Below are positions 1-13,600 of a stretch of 49,674 nt of DNA, in pieces. The translations under genes were made by a program, and so were the position numbers. Each line of letters starts with the position of its first letter. Within the stretch, counting starts at the first letter, position 1. The notes beneath the pieces were generated by a model that did not search any database, was not told the origin of the DNA, and worked only from the letters and a program-made list of their open reading frames with translations. Origin of the DNA: Octopus bimaculoides (Eukaryota); contig NC_068985.1 of NCBI RefSeq assembly GCF_001194135.2, forward strand, positions 117,941,146 to 117,990,819, read 5' to 3'.

Positions 1-122
1 CCATCTTTCCGACGAAGGGCTACGCCCGAAACGTCATACACTCTCTCTTTCCTTTCCTGAGCGTCCAATAATACTATCCATATCACGTCCTCACTTTGTT
101 GTTTTTTTGTTATTGTTTTTTT

Positions 123-127
<5 letters not shown>
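1..127 (+). mobile_element. Short (TA)n-associated element carrying a degenerate minimal hammerhead motif (Penelope-type terminal repeat)
   Basis: TCTTT-CCGACGA-A-GGGC-TAC-GCCC-GAAACGTC at 4-35. The downstream sequence resembles the minus-strand copy at 46659-46870. Runs into (TA)n. Confidence 0.6.
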
Positions 128-159
<32 letters not shown>

Positions 160-772
160 TCATCATCATCATCATTTAACATCTGTTGTCCAGGCTGGCA
201 CAGGTTGGATTATTTGACCAGGACTGGCAAGCTGGAAGGCTAAGCCAGACTCCAAATCAGACTGGTTTCTGGTGCAGCCTAGCAGCTTGCCAATCCTGGA
301 CAAACCAACCATCCCATGCTAGCATGAACATGATGATGATAATATATATACACACACACACACAATGGCCATTTGTCTATATAAATATATATATGTATAT
401 ATATGTGTGTATGTATAAAGGAAACCATGTTAATGTGCTAGAAGAAGATCACATGTAATGTGTCTACTCTTTTATATATACATAAGCAATAATGTTTTGA
501 GATCTCAGATATTTTTTCTGAATCTCCTTGATTCTTTTAATGTGCTTGTTCCCTGGTATTAAAATGATATTAATTAATATCCAATGTTTTACCCTCATAT
601 TTTAATATATATCTCTGAGTGGTTGGCTTTAGGAAGGGCATCCAGGTGTAGAAACACTGCCAAATCAGATTGGAGCCTGGTGTAGCCATCTGGTTTCACC
701 AGTCCTCAGTCAAATCATCCAACCCATGCTAGCATGGAAAGCAGACGTTAAACGACGACGACAATACGTACA

Positions 773-810
<38 letters not shown>

Positions 811-1303
811 NNNNNNNNNNNNNNNNNNNNNNNNNNNNNNNNNNNNNNNNNNNNNNNNNNNNNNNNNNNNNNNNNNNNNNNNNNNNNNNNNNNNNNNNNN
901 NNNNNNNNNNNNNNNNNNNNNNNNNNNNNNNNNNNNNNNNNNNNNNNNNNNNNNNNNNNNNNNNNNNNNNNNNNNNNNNNNNNNNNNNNNNNNNNNNNNN
1001 NNNNNNNNNNNNNNNNNNNNNNNNNNNNNNNNNNNNNNNNNNNNNNNNNNNNNNNNNNNNNNNNNNNNNNNNNNNNNNNNNNNNNNNNNNNNNNNNNNNN
1101 NNNNNNNNNNNNNNNNNNNNNNNNNNNNNNNNNNNNNNNNNNNNNNNNNNNNNNNNNNNNNNNNNNNNNNNNNNNNNNNNNNNNNNNNNNNNNNNNNNNN
1201 NNNNNNNNNNNNNNNNNNNNNNNNNNNNNNNNNNNNNNNNNNNNNNNNNNNNNNNNNNNNNNNNNNNNNNNNNNNNNNNNNNNNNNNNNNNNNNNNNNNN
1301 NNN

Positions 1304-1345
<42 letters not shown>

Positions 1346-2028
1346 TTTACAAGAATCATAGTGAACTCGTTAGCAGCCACTCTACAAATGGTTAATGCAG
1401 AATACTTAAAGAAGAAAAATAATCAATCAATAAAATTTATTGATCAATACGTAAGATTTGCTTCATCCCATTTCAAAATTATTTTGAATAAATTTGATAA
1501 GATGACAGGTACTGCACAACTCCAAATTATTCCATAGCAATTTGCGTTGCACAGTATGCAATAAATAAATGCATATAAAAAAAGAAAAGACAGTTACAGT
1601 TCAGTGCAACACATGGTTCAAAAACCAAAAACAATCCATTACATTACATGTATATTACATCATAATATAAACATAACATGCCTCCTTATTAGGTACATAA
1701 CTGCCAATACTCAAAATCAATAGTGCATTGTGTATTGAATGTGATGAGAGAAAAGAATTTACAATTTAGTCGGAAAACAAATAGGAATTTTTAAAAGATA
1801 TCAAGCAACATGTACATCTTGGCTGAAGTATCCTAGATCAAGGCATAAATAGGTAACGTTCCTTAATTTCTTTAATCACTATCAGCATTATTTATAACTC
1901 AAATTACATCTTGTGTCTAATGACCTCCAACCCAATCTGACATCTCACTAAAAGAAGCATATGCAGGGAAGGAAAACGCAGAGAAGGAATCAAAGCCTGT
2001 ATGCTAAAAAAGGTATNNNNNNNNNNNN

Positions 2029-3105
2029 ATTCAGCAAGTCATTTTCTTCTAGGAACGCAATCAACCTCCTTCTGACAATTCGTTCCATGACTTTGCTAAT
2101 ATGTGAAGTCAGAGAGATGGGCCTGTAGTTCCCAGCCTCTGCTCTGCTTCCACTTTTATGGATAGGACATATGGTGCCTTCATTCAGCTTTTTGGGAGGT
2201 TTACCACTTGCAAGGAAACTCTGGAAGAGTATCCGGAGTGGTCCCGCTAATTCTTGTTTACATGACTTTAGGAGAACAGCTGGGAAACCATCGGGGCCAG
2301 TTGTCGAATTTGAGCTCATTTCATTTATGGCCACTATTACATCTTCCTCTTCAATGTCGAAGTAGGTAATGGATGCACTCTTTTTCTGCTGAATGATATT
2401 GTCAAAGAAATCAGCTGGGTTCTTTATTTGCATGTGACTCAGAGGAGAAGTGAAAACACTCATGAATTGCGCACTGAGCACTTCACTTATCCATTTGGGG
2501 TCTGCAGTCAGTGAGCCATTAGGCAGGAATAGGGGTCTTATTTTGTACTGTGCCATGGCAGACTCCTTTGCAAATCTATAGAAAGCCTTGGGGTTTGTTT
2601 TTCTGCTTTCTACTGCTCTCTTCTCCTTCTCTGCTCTCTCCTTTTCATGGGAGAGTTTGATCTTGTTTTCTATTTCTAACAGTGTTAGTTTTAATTTAGT
2701 CCTTTTCCTCATCTCCAGTTCTCTATTTAACTGGTTTGAGACCTTTGTTATGTCATAAGGATTTTTCTGTCTCTGGGAATTCTATTGGCATGTTTGCTGG
2801 CCTCTCTTTCTGGCACATATTTGGGGCATATATCTTGTATGGTTGACATAAATGACTTAGTTTGAGGTCATTGTCTTGTATGGAAAGGCTATCATGCCAG
2901 TTTTGATTTCAAATCTCTTTGCGAATTGACTTCCAGTCCGCCCTGTGGAAATTCAGGTTGGATATGGCTTGAATCCTCCTGATGGGGTGGGTGTCAGTGG
3001 GTTGTCTGGGACCATACATTATTAATTCTATAATGTTATGATCTGAAAGAGATGTAGGTGTTACTTTCACATTATGGACAAGTGTGTACGTGTCTGTGTT
3101 TGTGT
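2029..3105 (-). mobile_element. Decayed non-LTR retrotransposon ORF2 (end of APE endonuclease + N-terminal RT), CR1/L2/jockey-like
   Basis: TSLSDHNII (APE end), GPDGFPAVLLK, NYRPISLTSHISKVMERIV (RT domains 1-2). Frameshifted and cut by an N-gap. Confidence 0.92.
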
Positions 3106-3469
3106 CTCCTTGTCTTAACGCCGAGTGACAGTTGTAAATGATTGTCACTGTCATATAAGCAATGTCATTCAATTCCAATCTGCCCTGAAAACATGTCTGG
3201 CTGCGGGGAAATATTACCGTGCCGGAAACGGATAAGGGTTGGCAACAGCAAGGGTATCCAGCCTTGATAAACTCTATCCTACCCATACAAGCAAGGAAAA
3301 GTGCACAGTAAAACGACTATGAAGACAACGGTGCTGTTGGTCAAAACATACCTTGTGAGTGAAGCTGGGTTGATGGGAACATTATAAAAAAAAGTTTTTC
3401 AGATGAACTGTACCAGTAATTATAAAGGTGTCAACTTTCTCGTGCTGATTTTACTATCTCGTCTTTCAT

Positions 3470-3738
3470 CTTTTACTTGTTTCAATCATTAGACAGTGGC
3501 CATGCTGGGGCACTACATGGAAGTGCTTAGTCAAACAAATCAACCCCTTATTATATTTATTATTACTTCTTTTTATTAAGCCTGGTATTTATTTTTTCAG
3601 TCTCTTTTTGCTGAACCACTAAGTTGTGGGGATGTAAACAAACCAATACTGGTTGTCAAGAAATGATGGGGGACAAACACAACTCCAAAGACACACAGCA
3701 CAGATACAATTATCCTCATAATTTAGTATCTGTCTTCC

Positions 3739-3818
<80 letters not shown>

Positions 3819-3980
3819 AGGCTTCTTTCAGTTTCTGTCATCCAAATCCACTCACGAGTCTTTGATCAACCCAGGGCTATAGTAGAACACACATGCCCAA
3901 AGTGTCATGCAGTGAGACTGAATCTAGAACCATGTGTTTTCGAGGTAAACTTCTTACCACACAGCTACACCTGCACCTAA
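3470..3980 (-). mobile_element. tRNA-derived SINE family A with internal (TA)n
   Basis: Matches the ~420-bp repeat seen at least 10 times in the window. Head is taggcgcaggagtggctgtgtggtaag...ggttcagtccc (A/B-box-like). Confidence 0.85.
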
Positions 3981-4200
3981 GAATTACTTTAAGCGTACAT
4001 GTTGTCTGTGAAAACTCAGCAATTTACATGTTACTTCAATCAGAAGATTGTTCAATAGATTGAACAACTAGACTAGTCCTTTTTCTCACCATCATCACTC
4101 AAACACACACATACACACACCGGTAGGAAGGAGGTTTTAGACAGAGATATAAAGACAAGTCAAGAATGGGTGTAGTAGGAGGAGAAAAATGAAAACCTAC

Positions 4201-4339
4201 CAAAGAGTTTGAGCCATCATTGAAGCTATTATTGGTGATGGAAGAACGTCTAGGGGGCACATTTAAATGGCCCTCGTGGCTGTTTAATAAATCTCCTGTA
4301 CTTTTTACGCGATTGGTAAGCGGTTGGTCATCAAGGGAG
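4201..4339 (-). CDS. BAIAP2: Post-SH3 exon: (S)[46 protein letters not shown]
   Basis: Acceptor tttctgttttccag, putative donor gtaggt, 139 nt, phase 2 to 0. KSTGDLL resembles the IRSp53 SSSTGNLL motif. The 3' boundary is less certain. Confidence 0.75.
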
Positions 4340-4552
4340 CTGGAAAACAGAAAAGCATGCATTAGGTGGTGGTGGTGGTGGTAGTGGTAGTAGTGGTGTT
4401 GGTGGTGGTGGTGTTGGTGGTAGTGGTGGTGGTGGTGTTGGTGGTGGTGGTGTTGGTGGTGGTGGTTAGGTGCCAGTAGAAGCTATAGTGGGATCATGGT
4501 GGTGGAAGTGGCAGTTGTGGTGATGATGGTAGTTAGTGAGTGTATGTGTGTC

Positions 4553-4598
<46 letters not shown>

Positions 4599-7500
4599 CA
4601 CACTATATATGTGTGGGAGGGTTGATTAGAAAAAGGAGGATGCCCAAAACCAGGCAAGATGGTGAGATGGTGTGAGGGCAGTTGCAATGGCATTGAGGTA
4701 GATCGAGCCACCTCCGTTAATGAGAATAAAACCCAGATTTAAAACACTGGAGGATGATGATGATGATGATGATGATATGTACTATTAAATAGAATTTAAG
4801 TAAATACCTTGGAGAATGCTATGCAAAGCCCATCCAAAGTTATTGGCTATTTGATGTTATCATACAGTGGAAATCATCCTACTACTGGACATACATATAT
4901 ACATCAGAAATTTCATAGCATCCATAGAGTTTATATAAACAGACAAATGATAGAAAATCAAATGAACAACATTCTTTATTTTAAATCACTACAATTGTTT
5001 CAACACAATTTTACATCCATTTTACATTGGTGAGATGTTGTGCAACCATTACTATGCACCTGAGGTGTAAGATGTTACAAAGGACCTATTTAAACAATTG
5101 CCTGAGGAGGAGCAATTTACACCTTTGATGTATACTCTTTTACTTGTTTCAGTCATTTGACTGTGGCCATGCTGGAGCACCACCTTTAGTCGAGCAAATC
5201 GACCCCAGGACTTATTCTTTGTAAGCCTAGTACTTATTCTTTGTAAGCCTAGTACTTATTCTATTGGTCTCTTTTGCCAAACCGCTAAGTTACAGGGACA
5301 TGTGATAGAGATAAAACTACATGTCAGCAATGTATTATGTGTGCAAAAATACATTGAAACAATTGTAGTGATTTTAAATAAAGACTGTCACTCATCCCAT
5401 TTTCTATCATTTCTCTATCTATCTACACACACATACACACACACTCACTCACACAGAAATAACACAGTATATCTCTGTCACGCATTCATTGTCTTATACA
5501 GGCCAAACACATACACATACCTTTCTCTTTTCAAAATTATTGGATAAAAAAATCAGAGAGAAAACAACAATTATTATTATTATTATTATTATTATTATCA
5601 TCATCATTCTTTCAAATTTTTGCTACAAGGACAGCTTGGAGGAAGTGGGGAGGAGTTGATTACAGCAACCTCCAGTGTTCAATTGGTACTCATTTTATCG
5701 ACCCTGAAAGGATGAAAGGCAAAGTCGACCTCAGTCAAATTTGAATTCAGAACATAGCAACGGGCTAAATACCGGTAAGCATTTTGCTCTGCATGCTAAC
5801 AATTCTGCCAGTTCTCCACCTTAATAATAATATTAATGATAATAATAACAATAAGCATCCTTTCTACTATAGGCACAAAGCCTGAAATTTTGGAGGAGGG
5901 ATTAAGTCAATTACATCGACCCCAGTACGCAACTGGTACTTAATTTATCGACCCCAAAAGGATGAAAGCAAAGTTGTCTTCGGCGGAATTTGGAATCAGA
6001 ATGTAAAGACTGACTAAATGTCGCTAAGCATTTTGCCCAGAGTGCTAACGAGTCTGCCAGCTTGCGTATAACAATAATGATATTGATGATAATAATAGTA
6101 GTAGTTGTAATAATAATAATAATAATAGTACTAGTAAATGGTGAGGGTGTCACCATCCTTTGGAACTTCCCAATACAAGCAGACAGAAAACTTGACTCCA
6201 ATTGACCAGACATTGTGATCAAGGACTACAACAGAAGAACTTGTCTCTTAATAGATATGTCTGCCCCACAAGACCAAAATGTCTCAAGAAAAGAATACGA
6301 AAATCTTTCTCACTATAAAGATCTGCAAAGTGAAATCACAAAAATGTGGAAGCTTAGTACTACGATAATACCAGTAATGATTGGTGGGTTGGGAATGATA
6401 AAGAAGGGAGCTGAGAAGTATATCAAGCAACTCCTGGTAACTCCAAAACTCCTGGTAAACTACAAAAGATAATCTTGATGGGTACAGTCCATATACTACG
6501 TAAAGCACTCTCAATCTAAACTGGAATAAATGTGGTGATAATTCTAGCATGCATAGCAAAACAAAAGTGCCCTTGCTACTCTTGGCCTCCGGAGGATGCC
6601 CGGTACTAAAGAAGCTTAAATAAAGTTATAATGAAAGGAAACCATAAATGATTGTAATAATAATAATGGTTTCAAATTTTGGCATAAGGCCAGCAAGTTG
6701 AGGGATGGGGTAAGTTAATTACATCAACTCCAGTGCTCAACTGGTACTTATTTTATCAACCCCAAAAGGAGGAAAGGCAAAAGGGCAAAATCAACCTCGG
6801 TGGAATTTGAACTTAGAATGTAAAGACAGACGAAATGCCACTAAGCATTTTACCTGGCATGCTAACGATTCTGCCAAGTTACCATCTTATATGTAATAAC
6901 AATAATATGTAATAAAAGCAATAATAATAATCATGATAAAGTCACAAATGAAAACCTCAAATAACTAAGAAATAAACGAAAAGACATAAAAAGGATGAAT
7001 GGGAAGGAATAAAATGAATACAGTTTGGTGGTGGTGGTGGTGGTGGTGATGGTGGTGGTGGTGGTGGTGTATGTACCTCATTTTCAGCGGTCCCAAATCA
7101 GATGTAACAGGTTTTGTAAAAGACAAAGGTAACCAGCCATACCTGTAACAAAAGAAATATATTATAAATATACATATATATGTATAAATAAATAAATGGA
7201 GTTAAACATAGATGTTATTCAAATTCTTTTACTTCCGACACATGTTGCGAAGATATCACTGGTATTATTCCAAAGGAATAAAATGGTGTAAAACAATGTA
7301 ATCTTCTCTTCAGGGAAATGAAGAAATGAAACGTGTGAAAAAGACATTTTAACAGAAAATGATGGATATGTATAGTGATTAACTGAACGCTATTAAGTGT
7401 GTTTTAAAAAATATTAGAGGATATAACGTCAAAGGTAGCCTTGAGAAAGAGGAAGGGTAAAGGAAAGAAAAAAACAAATAAATGAAAAGTATATAACTAT

Positions 7501-10500
7501 ATGTATATTACATAAAACCCTGTAGTCTTGGAAAAAGATATATCTAGTAAATGTGAAATGTAAGAAGAAAATTAATGTTTAAATTATATATAATGATAGC
7601 TATCACTTCTATGAACTAAAGATGTGTTTCTGCCAATGTTTACATCGGTATGCACACTCTATAACCGTGTTTACAAGGGGATATTTAGAGAAAAGAATAA
7701 AAAATATATATACATATATATTTTTTTCTGTGTTAATTGTTAACAAGGGAAAAATACACACATCTATTTATATATACATATATATGTGTATGTGTATCTA
7801 TATGTATGTACGTATATACCAATGTATGCATGCATGTATGAATGCATGTATGAATGCATGTATGAATGCATGTATGTACGTATGTCTACACACACACACA
7901 CACATGCAGAAGCATACACATTTTTCTGTATTGTTCTTGAGCTTGATGAATTGTTGTTGCCATCAAAAACTGTGCTCTTCTTGAGTAAAATCAACATATA
8001 TATGCATGGAACTTAAGTAGCCCTCTTATAATCTAAGACCACACACACACACACACTGATTATACAGTTCTTCAGCCTAATGAATATCTGATGCTGTCAA
8101 AAAGTATGCTCTTCCTAACTAAAATCAATGTACATTTACTTGAAACTTAAGTAGAAGACAGGCTTCTTTCAGTTTCTGTCTACCAAATCTACTCACATGC
8201 TTGGAAAGTGGAAGACACTTGCCCAAGGTGCCATGTAATGGGACTGAACCCAAAACCATTTGGTTGAGAAGCAAATTTGTTAACTACACAGACACACCTA
8301 TACATTAATACATATATATATACATGCATCCAAACATACATTCATACATGCAAATGTTCATAAAGGGTAAAGACCCCCTTCGGTCATGAATGGCCATCAG
8401 GTTGCACCTAGAAAGTTCTGCTCCAAGGCACAAACATGGGCAAAGCTGTTTATGAGAGATCAGTGGTCACCCATGCACAGCAGCCTCTCCTCTCCACACC
8501 ACTGATGTTATCCAAGGGAAAGACAAAGGCCGATGCAGCTTGGCACCAATGACACTGCAACTCATTTCTACAGCTGAGTGAACTGGAGCAACATGAAAAT
8601 AAAGTGTCTTACTCAAGAAAACAACACGCAGCCCAGTCTAGGAATCGAACTCGCTACTTCATGATTGTGAACCAAAAGCTCTAATCACTGAGCCATGCAC
8701 CTTCACAAACATTCATAGATATACACTGACCATTTCCCATGCGAATTGTCAGCAATGCTTTGCATGGGGTTATTGCACCTTCAGTCAGCTTCACCCAATT
8801 TTGCACCCACAGCTTTCATGCTCACTGCAGTGTCCTCCTATTTGACCGGGCATCAGAAAGTCACCTCGACGGCAATTGCAGACCCTAAAATTTTAAGCCT
8901 AGTAAGACTTACACAATACCTCACAGACCCTCTCTACTTTAGTGACATGATCCAGAGACAAGCCAGTTGCAAAATATCAAGTGCTAATATAGGTCACAGG
9001 CTCAGGAATGTGGGAACACCATGATCTCAAGCAGAAGCAAAAAATTCCTAAAAACGTTCAATGCCATTGTCATCACTACCATCATCAACAGCAGCATCAA
9101 TATCACTATCATCATCATGAGAACATCACAACCATCACACATCAAAACAACCATACATACATAAACAATAGCAAAATGCGGCAAAGGTTCAATAACCCAC
9201 CTACTGGATATAGCAAACATATGCATCTAAACACCAACCAAGGGGATGTAAACTGCAATGATAAACACCAATTACGACCAAATCGTAGTAGTAGAAATAC
9301 TTATGATACAGCTAACACAGTAACATCGGTAAATGGAGTCATGACTGCCATATATACAAATGAATATAATAAATGCTCATGCAGAGAAAAATCAAAATGT
9401 CCTTTGATGAATCTCTGTATGAGTACAAATTTGTATATAAATGTACTGTGCACACAATGGGAGGGCTGTGTGTTTACATTGGGCAGATGCTGATTCATTT
9501 AAGAATCATTATCATAGACATGTCGCCAGCTTTAAGACAATCACTAAGAGACATTCAACATCTTTGGCAGATTTTGTATGGCAACTGAAGGAAGATAAAA
9601 TGAAGTACAGCATAACTTGGTCCATAGTAAGGCACACAAAACCACGCAACATAATTTCCAAGAGATGCATGCTGTCTCTGCTCCGAGGAATCCCTGTCTA
9701 TTCTGTGGACTAACAAGAAGATCATTAATAGAATTTCTGAAAGACTATCGAGTTACCTACACACATATAAATGTACTTTCACACAATGCAGTAGGAATGA
9801 ATTTCGAGTGACTGTTAACTTAACTTAATTTACTTTAAGGTATGGATGACTTAAGTTTACTTTTAACCTCCTCATTTTTACAAACACCAAGTAGATAGTT
9901 AACTCACTTTGTGATCATGAGTGCACCAAACCTCACGTGCACGTATGCTCACATTTTCGTAGATGCTTGTATGAGCCAGTGTACTCATGCTGTGCAGCTT
10001 GCCCGAGGACGTTTATACATCCATATTTGTTAACAGTTTGTTTTTAATAATTTTCTCGCTGTATTACATGTTTGTTTCTTTTTTGCTTCTGTGATTTTAT
10101 TTTTGATCTTCTATGTTAATGAAGATATTTCCTTCAATTTGCTCCTTTTCATTCTACAAAATGAGAATGTACATTGCGGAACTGTTATTTTATCAAGTCG
10201 TGTCTATTTATCACCCCGACGAGATACATCTGCACCACCGGATGGTCCTGAACCAGTTGTTGAGTGTCCCACCCATGAGGGATCTGCGCTAGATGTGTCA
10301 AAACAATTGCAATGATTAATAAATTCTCATATATTCCATCTTCCGCTTTTCATTTGCCATATATATATATATATATACTAGTTGACCCCATGCCATCAAA
10401 AACGATGGCTAATTGTAGTATTTTATACATAAATAAGGTATAAAATAAGGTACATAATAATCACACATACAAACATTCACGTTCATCCCTTGTACATGCA

Positions 10501-10588
10501 CACACATACGTACATATACTCAAATAGAGTAGAAATACTGTTTGATTTTTCTTTTCAGCATTAAATGTTCACCATCCCATTTTTATTG

Positions 10589-10619
<31 letters not shown>

Positions 10620-13600
10620 CCCTTTTACATATACATACATATACTCACACAGAGTTGAAACACTGACTTTTTTTCACCCCTTCCTTTCTCGTTCATATGT
10701 TGTGATGGAGAAAAACAGAAGATACACGAAGTGCTCTTTGGCACTTCCTCTCTCTCATTGCTATTACTTTCTCTCAGTCACAGCTATTACTCTCACTACT
10801 TCTTCACTGAATTACTATTTTCTCTCCTCTCCCTTCACTTATACTACTCTTTCTCCTACTCCATGATTTTGGACAAATATATATATATATATATATATAT
10901 ANNNNNNNNNNNNNNNNNNNNNNNNNNNNNNNNNNNNNNNNNNNNNNNNNNNNNNNNNNNNNNNNNNNNNNNNNNNNNNNNNNNNNNNNNNNNNNNNNNN
11001 NNNNNNNNNNNNNNNNNNNNNNNNNNNNNNNNNNNNNNNNNNNNNNNNNNNNNNNNNNNNNNNNNNNNNNNNNNNNNNNNNNNNNNNNNNNNNNNNNNNN
11101 NNNNNNNNNNNNNNNNNNNNNNNNNNNNNNNNNNNNNNNNNNNNNNNNATATTCAAATATATAAAAACACTATCCTCATTTTTATATTATGAGATATATA
11201 TATGTCCGCTCTCATTTATTAGAAGACAATGCATCGTAGTCATGAATGAATGAATGAATAAAGATGAAAGAACTTACTTTTTGTTACTGAGGTTGAAACC
11301 ATAGTGCCAGCCTTCTGACTTTTCTCCAATCAACTGTATCGTGTCGTTCTCTTGAAAACTCAGTTGAGAGTCACTTGTAGCTTCATGACGGTGCATGGCT
11401 TGTACATATGCTTTCACTTCCTCGGGTATTGGTTTGCCTGAGTGCCTTGCGTATACTACATTGCCTAGTGCAGAAAGAGAGTGAGTGAGTGAGCAAATGG
11501 GTGAGTGAGTGAGTGAGTGAGTGAGAGAGAGAGAGAAGGAAGGGAGGGAGAGAGAAGTAGAGAGTATGTTGGTGAGGGAGAGTGAGTGAGGAGAGCAAGA
11601 GTGTGTATGAGTAAGGTAGAGTATGAGTGAGGGAATGGGTGAGGAAGAGAAAGGGAGCATTTGAGTGTGTGTGTGTGTGTGTGTATGAGGGAATGAATGT
11701 GTGAGAGATAGCAAGTGTTGGCACTCTGTCGCATACGACAACAGGGATGCCAGTTGCTCTGATCAACGGAGCAGCCTGCTTGTGAAATTAACGTGCAAGT
11801 GGCTGAGCACTCCACAGATACGTGTACCCTTAAAGTAGTTCTTGGGGATATTCAGCGTGACACAGTGTGACAAGGCTGGCCTTTTGAATTACAGGCACAA
11901 CAGAAACAGGAAGTAAGAGTGAGAGAAAGTTGTGGTGGAAGAGTACAGCAGGGTTCGCCAGCATCCCCTGCCGGAGCCTCATGGAGCCTCATGGAGTCTT
12001 TGCTCAATAAACACTCACAACGCCCGGTTTGGGAATCGAAACCACGATCCTATGACCGCGAGTCTGCTGCCCTAACCACTGGGCCATTGCGCCTCCACGG
12101 CAAGTATACATGTGAGTGAGGGAGAGAAAGATTGTGTGAATCACAATTGCAATGACAATCACAACAACAATTTCAACAACCATCATCATTTAGCATCCGC
12201 TTTCCATGATGGTTCAATTGGAACTAGGAAGCTGAAGAGCTATACCAGGTTCCAGCTTGATTTTGACTTGGTTTCTATGGCTGGATGCTCTTCCTGATGC
12301 CAACCACTCCAAGAGTGTAGCAGGTGCCTTTTATGTGTCACTGGCACCACAACAACAAGCACATCAAGAACAATAACAATGATGACAACAACAATGATGA
12401 CAACAACATTCATAATTATTTCTACTCTAGGCACAAGGCCGTGAAAATTTGGTGGGGAAGGGGGTTAGTTGATTAGATTGACACCAGTGCATAACTGGTA
12501 CTTATTTCATCAACCCCGAAAGTATGAAAGGCTAAGTTGATCTCAGCGGAATTGAACTCAGAATGTAGCAAAAGATGAAATACCGCTAAGCATTTCACCC
12601 AGCGTGCTAACGAATCTGCCAGCTCACCACCTTAACGACGATAATCTTAATAGCAACACTCACAAAAACAACAATCGCAATAACAAAAATCACATCAACA
12701 ACAATCATCATCATCATTTAATGTCTGCTTTCCATGCTAGCATGGGTTGGACGATTTGACTGACGACTGGTGAAACCAGATGGCTACACCAGGCTCCAAT
12801 CTGATTTGGCAGAGTTTCTACAGCTGGATGCCNNNNNNNNNNCTCCAATCTGATTTGGCAGAGTTTCTACAGCTGGATGCCCTTCCTAACGCCAGCCACT
12901 CCGAGAGTGTAGTGGGTGCTTTTACATGCCACCAGCACGAAGGCCAGTCAGGGGGTACTGGCAACGGCCACGTTCGAAATGGAGTATTTTACGTGCCACC
13001 TGCACACGGGCCAGCAGCCTCCTGACATTAACACAGCTCCAACAGCTAAGTCAGCAACTGGAAAATTGCAGGCCAGCCCAGCAAGCCAACTTGCTTAGAG
13101 TGGAAGAAGTAGGGGTACCCAGCTGGATGTCTTGTGTAATGTGGTTCTTCATTGCCTGATTCACTTGGACTAGTCATGTCGCATCTTTTCTCCGACTGTC
13201 TTCATTGTCAACTTCACCCTAACAATTCACATCACCAACTCTCCTCAAGTGTTCACTAATTAGTTTATAGTTCACCTCACAGTAAAAAGCACACAAATTA
13301 AAATTTCCAGCATGCTTTAAACAGTCACGTAATCAATGAGCATTAGAATTAATTATTGATCAATTATTGGTTTTCGTTTTAGAACTAGAAAACAGTATTT
13401 CAATTTCAAGAAGTACCATTTAAAATTAAATTTATCGTGTGGTAAGTAGCTTGCTTACCAACCACATGGTTCCGGGTTCATTCCCACTGCGTGGCACCTT
13501 GGGCAAATGTCTTCTACTATAGCCTCGGGCCGACCAAAGCCTTGTGAGTGGATTTGGTAGATGGAATCTGAAAGAAGCCCGTCGTATATATGTATCTATA

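Noticed and set aside
726-1361. Long ORFs running through N-gaps and (TA)n, also at 10731, 23829, 29478, 41487 and 46463
   Set aside because: Open only because N and dinucleotide repeats contain no stop codons.
11990-12098. tRNA genes at SINE heads (also 21272, 43600-43712, 44340)
   Set aside because: A/B boxes are present, but they continue into a shared SINE body and lack a complete acceptor stem.
12792-12882. 39-bp direct repeat on both sides of a 10-N gap
   Set aside because: Typical unmerged contig overlap, not a biological duplication.
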